DNA from: Promethearchaeota archaeon
GTDB taxonomy: Archaea > Asgardarchaeota > Lokiarchaeia > Sigyniarchaeales > SOKP01
Assembly (NCBI GenBank): GCA_016926735.1
Contig: JAFGOA010000217.1
Coordinates: forward strand, 1-21,842
Length of the DNA stretch: 21,842 nt
Reading direction: 5' to 3'
In this document: piece by piece, positions 17,725-21,842 of the stretch
How positions within the stretch are numbered: the first letter of the stretch is position 1
Layout of the letters: each line of letters opens with the position of its first letter
Made by a program: the position numbers and the translations under genes
The notes under the pieces: generated by a model
What the model saw: the letters and a program-made list of their open reading frames with translations, nothing else
What the model was told of the DNA's origin: nothing
Databases searched by the model: none

Positions 17725-18447
17725 TTAAGAATTTTTTTTAGTAAAATGATCGGGTGAAAATTGATTTAATCCTAATTCTATGAGTTTAAATGCATATGTT
17801 AAATGACGTTCAATTAAGGTATCAGATTGTTTGAGTATATCTCTTCTATAAACAAATTCACTACAAATTCCTCCAAACATTGTACTAATGGCTCCTACTA
17901 CCCCATCAACCATATAAGGAGTATATTGTATTTTGATTTGCTGGAATTTTGTTTCGATCGTTTTTACTAGTAAAGTTGCGATTCTCTCTTTATGAAATTT
18001 ATGTTCTTTATTAATATAAGTAAGTTCTTCATTTCTTGCTTCCTTTGCATAAATTTCAGATAAAATTATACGTAAGGATTTATCATTAATAAGCTCTGAA
18101 AAATAAGGATAAGTTTTAATAAAATAAAATGTGGCTTTTCTCAAACCTTCAAAATGGAATTTTTCTTCTTTTAGTATTTTTTCAAATACATCTGCAAATT
18201 TCTTCAATGATAGCATAGCTAATACTTGGAATAATTCATATTTACTTTTAAAATAATTGTAAAATGTTGAGCGACTTAGTTTAGATAGTTTTAATATCTT
18301 ATCCAATTTTGTGTTAGAGTAACCATTTTTATAAAATAATTCCTCTGCTGCTTTTAAAATTTCATTTCGATTTTTTTGAACTGTATTTTTCCATCGCAAA
18401 TTTTGTGCAATACTCCTTTTTTTACGAGTATTATTTTGCTCTTTCAT
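17725..18447 (-). CDS. TetR/AcrR family transcriptional regulator
   Basis: EILKAAEELFYKNGYSNTKLDKI...SRSTFYNYFKSKYELF. Confidence 0.92.
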   Translation of the reverse strand: MKEQNNTRKKRSIAQNLRWKNTVQKNRNEILKAAEELFYKNGYSNTKLDKILKLSKLSRSTFYNYFKSKYELFQVLAMLSLKKFADVFEKILKEEKFHFEGLRKATFYFIKTYPYFSELINDKSLRIILSEIYAKEARNEELTYINKEHKFHKERIATLLVKTIETKFQQIKIQYTPYMVDGVVGAISTMFGGICSEFVYRRDILKQSDTLIERHLTYAFKLIELGLNQFSPDHFTKKNS

Positions 18448-18550
18448 TAATGAAACTCATCCCTTTTTTCTAATATAAATATTATCAATTATTAATTATT
18501 AAGTCTAATGATCACAACCTTTTTAAATTAAGAAATAATATTAGGTTTAT

Positions 18551-18570
18551 TGTACTAGACGTTCAGTACA
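18551..18570. promoter_or_regulatory. Candidate TetR operator
   Basis: TGTACTAGACGTTCAGTACA is 16/20 self-complementary. It lies between a TATA-like TTTAAAT (~18522-18528) and the protease ATG, in the divergent tetR spacer. Confidence 0.65.
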
Positions 18571-18590
18571 GGACAAATAGATCTTAAAAA

Positions 18591-19400
18591 ATGATAAAAA
18601 TGAATGATAAAAAAAAGTATATATTTATTGTGATAGTATTTTTATTTCTAATCTCTATCTATCCAAAAGGAATGATCTCAAAATCGAGTGAAATCAATTC
18701 AAGTGCTACAGGTGATAAATATGCTCTTTTATTTGCTGGTTCTTGTTATAAAAACAGTGGTGGTCTAACTTCTGAATTTAGTGACTCAATTCAAGAATGG
18801 TATAAAGTGCTAAAATATGATTACGGATATTCAGATTCTAAAATCCATTATTTAGATACCGTCTTTTATAATCCAAATGGTAAAGATTTTGATAGTAATC
18901 CATTAAATTTTGAATATGTTTGCTCATTACTTAGGGCTCAAGTAGATTCAAATGATCAAGTCGTAGTTATTTGGGCTTCTCATGGAGATGATCCTTTTAA
19001 TTTATGGGATTCTCAAGAAAGTGAATTTCAAGTAGGACATTTGGAATGGAAAGATGATGATTATTTAGCAAAACAGTTAAAAAGAATTGATTGTGGGATA
19101 ATGTATTGTATCCTAGGAGCATGTTATTCTGGTGGAGCAATAAAAGAATTAGAAGAGTCTAATAGAATTATTTTCACAGCTTGCAAATATGAAGAAATGA
19201 CAAACTCATATTTTATTAATGAATTAGGACGAAGTTTTGGAGATGATATACTTCATACTATTAGAGGAAATAAAGATGGAGAATGGTCATTAGGTGAAGC
19301 TATAGATTATATGGATTATTTATTACCAGGTCCTATGGGTTATTATAATCCACAAGCATCTATCGGAACTCAACTTTATAAATATTCTTCTTATTTATAA
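18591..19400 (+). CDS. Secreted clan CD cysteine peptidase (C13 legumain-like / caspase-like)
   Basis: Signal peptide; KYALLFAG; VVVIWASHG (His131); ILGACYSGG (Cys178); RIIFTAC; NKDGEWSLGEA. Confidence 0.85.
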   Translation: MIKMNDKKKYIFIVIVFLFLISIYPKGMISKSSEINSSATGDKYALLFAGSCYKNSGGLTSEFSDSIQEWYKVLKYDYGYSDSKIHYLDTVFYNPNGKDFDSNPLNFEYVCSLLRAQVDSNDQVVVIWASHGDDPFNLWDSQESEFQVGHLEWKDDDYLAKQLKRIDCGIMYCILGACYSGGAIKELEESNRIIFTACKYEEMTNSYFINELGRSFGDDILHTIRGNKDGEWSLGEAIDYMDYLLPGPMGYYNPQASIGTQLYKYSSYL

Positions 19401-19452
19401 TCTTTCTATTCAAAAAATCTTTAATATTATCTATAAACTTCAATTAAATGAC

Positions 19453-19462
19453 TTTTTTTTTT
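19453..19462 (+). terminator. Oligo-U terminator candidate for the peptidase gene
   Basis: T10 tract about 50 nt after the stop. Confidence 0.4.
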
Positions 19463-19758
19463 AATTTTTAGTTAAAATATTTATATCTATTGCTTCTTCA
19501 TTTTCTTTTATTTTTTGATGATGTAGGAGAGATTTATAATTAATATGATTTTAACAAAATTGAGTTCTTAATAGAAATTTTAATATAAATTTTAAAATAA
19601 AGAACTATATATAAAAGACCGTGAAATTGGGCTTTCACGTAATCTTATATGTATAGAGATAATATGTTGGAATATAACAACACATAATCTTAAGATTTTA
19701 AAAATTTCTTTTTATTTTAATAAAGAACTAAAAATAAATTAAAAAATGGAAAAAAAAA

Positions 19759-20610
19759 TTAATTTTCAAATCGTTTGAGATAATTCTTTTTAGCATCTTC
19801 ATACATTTGTTTCATATCATCGGGGGAAAAATTAGCAATATTTACATCTTTAGCACCAGATTTACTCATTAATAAATTCATAGCTTCGGTATTTTCTGAA
19901 GCCCATTTCATAAAAATAAAGGCAGGAATATCATTATTTTTCGTTTCGGATAAATATTTAAAGAATTCTTCTTCCGCTTTTTCAAGATTTCCTAGATCAA
20001 AATAACAATAACCTAATTGTCGTCCTAAATCTGGTTTCCATCCCTCATTATTAATCTTCGATATAATATTTTGAATTTCTTGTTTTATTAGTTCAGGATC
20101 TTTTTTTTGAATTGGTTCTTTCTGTTGAACTGAGTCTACTTTAGTTTCCTGAGAAGCTCTTTCTAAAGATTCACCTTCAATATATCCAAAATCTCTAGCA
20201 TATGCAAAAAGATGTCCAAAAAATCTTGAATTCAATTGTACAATAGCATTCATATTAAGATTTCGAAATTGAGATATTTTCAATGATTTTTTTAGAGGTG
20301 AAAACTGTCCTTCCTTAAAAGCAAGTTTCCACTTTTCAGGGGTTCCAGACCAGATCCAACCAATATTTAATTTTTTAGGTTTAGTATCGTATACTATATT
20401 ATATTTCAATTTCCCATATGATAATTCAAAAACTACATAAAATTCACGTTCAATATCTTTTTTTTCTTTGTCTGGAATCACATGAACAACAAAAGTATAG
20501 CTAAAATTGTTTACTTGAGGACCAAATCTTTCTTCCCAAGCTTCTTTTTGGTTTTTTAAATAATCTTCATTAAGAAAATATTCTATATATTTACTATTTT
20601 CAGTTGTCAT
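19759..20610 (-). CDS. Hypothetical protein, N-terminal SCP2-like domain plus C-terminal TPR
   Basis: TPR-like LGYCYFDLGNLEKAEEEFFKYL. The N-terminal helix/beta pattern with SGTPEKWK..F..GQFSP resembles SCP2 (weak, by eye). Confidence 0.55.
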   Translation of the reverse strand: MTTENSKYIEYFLNEDYLKNQKEAWEERFGPQVNNFSYTFVVHVIPDKEKKDIEREFYVVFELSYGKLKYNIVYDTKPKKLNIGWIWSGTPEKWKLAFKEGQFSPLKKSLKISQFRNLNMNAIVQLNSRFFGHLFAYARDFGYIEGESLERASQETKVDSVQQKEPIQKKDPELIKQEIQNIISKINNEGWKPDLGRQLGYCYFDLGNLEKAEEEFFKYLSETKNNDIPAFIFMKWASENTEAMNLLMSKSGAKDVNIANFSPDDMKQMYEDAKKNYLKRFEN

Positions 20611-20681
20611 CTTTCATTCAATTTGGATTTATAATTTTTTAGAATATATATAGGAAATAATGAGTAGTATTTAAGCTTCAT

Positions 20682-20830
20682 GTTATTAAAACTGATAAAA
20701 CTTATAACGTTCTATTGAGAATTGTATAAAATTATGTTACTATGAACAAATCTTAGCAATTCGTGGCGATAACACCATCGCCTCTATTCCCTTACCATCA
20801 AAGGCTGTGGGAACTACTTTTCTTAAAATA
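20682..20830 (-). ncRNA. Putative omegaRNA scaffold overlapping the tnpB 3' end; boundaries uncertain
   Basis: This is the position expected for TnpB systems. Stem-loop GGCGAT-N6-ATCGCC and an imperfect TTATA..TTCT/AGAA..TATAA hairpin. Confidence 0.5.
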
Positions 20831-21842
20831 TTCATTGCGGCGTTCACATCCGCATTAATTTTAATCCCTTTGCTTGATTGAAATAACCCTCGACTGATTC
20901 GCTTACCCATATACGTCTCATGCTTCTCTATTGGTTCATTATCCAAAGCAGAACATTTACTAGTATAGGCTTCATCTACAAGAACTACGTCAATTCCCGC
21001 GAGCTGGGCTTTATATTGGATCTTCTGGATTAATTTAAGGTGAGGGATGGAAACAAAGGTTTGGTTATTTTTTCTTCCCATATTAGATTTTTGCTTCCAT
21101 TCTTTGTTATATCCAATAATGATTGTTCCAATATTATGTAATTTTGAATAATTAATAAGCATATGAGAAGCTTTATGAAAATAATCCTTGATTTTATTAT
21201 TATGTTTCTTTGTCTGGACATTCATTTTCATTGTTTCGGGGTGAGAAGGAACTACAAAAGAACGGTTAATTGCTCTTATTTTATTATACCATTGATTAAT
21301 TGCTTTCAAGACATTTCCTTTAACTATGAGAGGTCTCTTTCTAATATTATTCGCTGTCGTAAGAAGGTTATTTATCCCTAAATCAATGGAAATGATGCGA
21401 CTTTTATCCAAATGGAGGGTTTGTTCTTGTTGATTATAGATGATCTCAATAATATAATAACTTCCTCTTGGAAGAATTCGTATCTGTTGATGCTGTTTTA
21501 TCCGAGTTTTTATAGGAGGAAGATTTACTGATTTTGGGAATTGGATATACCCATGTTTTATCCAACAATTTTGGTTGGTAAAAATGACTATGGATTGCCC
21601 ATTCTTTCTTTTATAATTGGGCATTTTTGGTCGACCAAGATATTTACTTTTATCTTGTGAGTAATCTTTTATTTCTTTCCAATAAGACTTCCAGTTTTTA
21701 ATAACCAATCGCAAGATCTGCTGAGAGGTCTGAGCAGGAAGTATGTTATAGGCTTCATGATCTTTTAGGATGATTTGTAGATCATAGTAATTAATAAATT
21801 CATCCAAATGAAAAAAGAATTGACGATAATGGAAATTTGCTA
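20740..21842 (-). CDS. tnpB: IS200/IS605 family RNA-guided endonuclease TnpB; 5'-partial, true start outside the window
   Basis: The frame stays open upstream of the track's TTG (ANFHYRQFFFHLDEF...). Motifs: LPAQTSQQ..NWKSY, SIDLGINN (RuvC-I), VDEAYTSKC, INADVNAAMNI (RuvC-III). Confidence 0.95.
   Translation of the reverse strand, partial: ANFHYRQFFFHLDEFINYYDLQIILKDHEAYNILPAQTSQQILRLVIKNWKSYWKEIKDYSQDKSKYLGRPKMPNYKRKNGQSIVIFTNQNCWIKHGYIQFPKSVNLPPIKTRIKQHQQIRILPRGSYYIIEIIYNQQEQTLHLDKSRIISIDLGINNLLTTANNIRKRPLIVKGNVLKAINQWYNKIRAINRSFVVPSHPETMKMNVQTKKHNNKIKDYFHKASHMLINYSKLHNIGTIIIGYNKEWKQKSNMGRKNNQTFVSIPHLKLIQKIQYKAQLAGIDVVLVDEAYTSKCSALDNEPIEKHETYMGKRISRGLFQSSKGIKINADVNAAMNILRKVVPTAFDGKGIEAMVLSPRIAKICS

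Larger units (their letters stand above)
20682..21842 (-). mobile_element. Right part of an IS200/IS605 (IS1341-like) element; right boundary approximate
   Basis: tnpB, visibly higher GC than the flank, and hairpins at 20765-20782 and 20702-20729. Confidence 0.7.

Noticed and set aside
21030-21381. Short ORFs within tnpB
   Set aside because: Out-of-frame or antisense with no motifs.
21805-21807. TTG start given for TnpB
   Set aside because: The frame is open to the window edge and encodes typical TnpB N-terminal sequence (ANFHYRQFFF).

Overview
AT-rich archaeal-looking window: TATA-like boxes, oligo-T tracts after stops and GGTGA-type RBS. The style suggests Lokiarchaeia/Promethearchaeota, but this is inference because no marker gene is present. 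From left to right: (1) a partial secreted protein with a 189-aa internal duplication that is missing from the ORF track; (2) an ECF transporter operon whose S component looks like the cobalamin-specific CbrT; (3) an MBL-fold hydrolase, DtxR/MntR regulator, Zn-ribbon protein and radical SAM enzyme, where the MBL and radical SAM genes share a promoter/operator layout; (4) two ICMT/PEMT-family and one class I methyltransferase; (5) a 979-aa secreted protein with Asp-rich Ig/Calx-beta/cadherin-like repeats and a Cys/His-rich helical tail; (6) a corrinoid protein plus UroD/MtaA-fold methyltransferase pair; (7) an ArsB/NhaD-type permease; (8) TetR divergent from a secreted clan CD (C13/caspase-like) protease, with a clear operator-like palindrome; (9) an SCP2-like/TPR protein; (10) a 5'-truncated IS200/IS605 TnpB with the rearranged (Fanzor-type) RuvC-II glutamate. 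The best leads are the B12 uptake plus non-canonical corrinoid methyltransferase module, the Ca2+-type repeat surface protein, the TetR-controlled secreted protease and the rearranged TnpB. No rRNA, tRNA or CRISPR array was seen.
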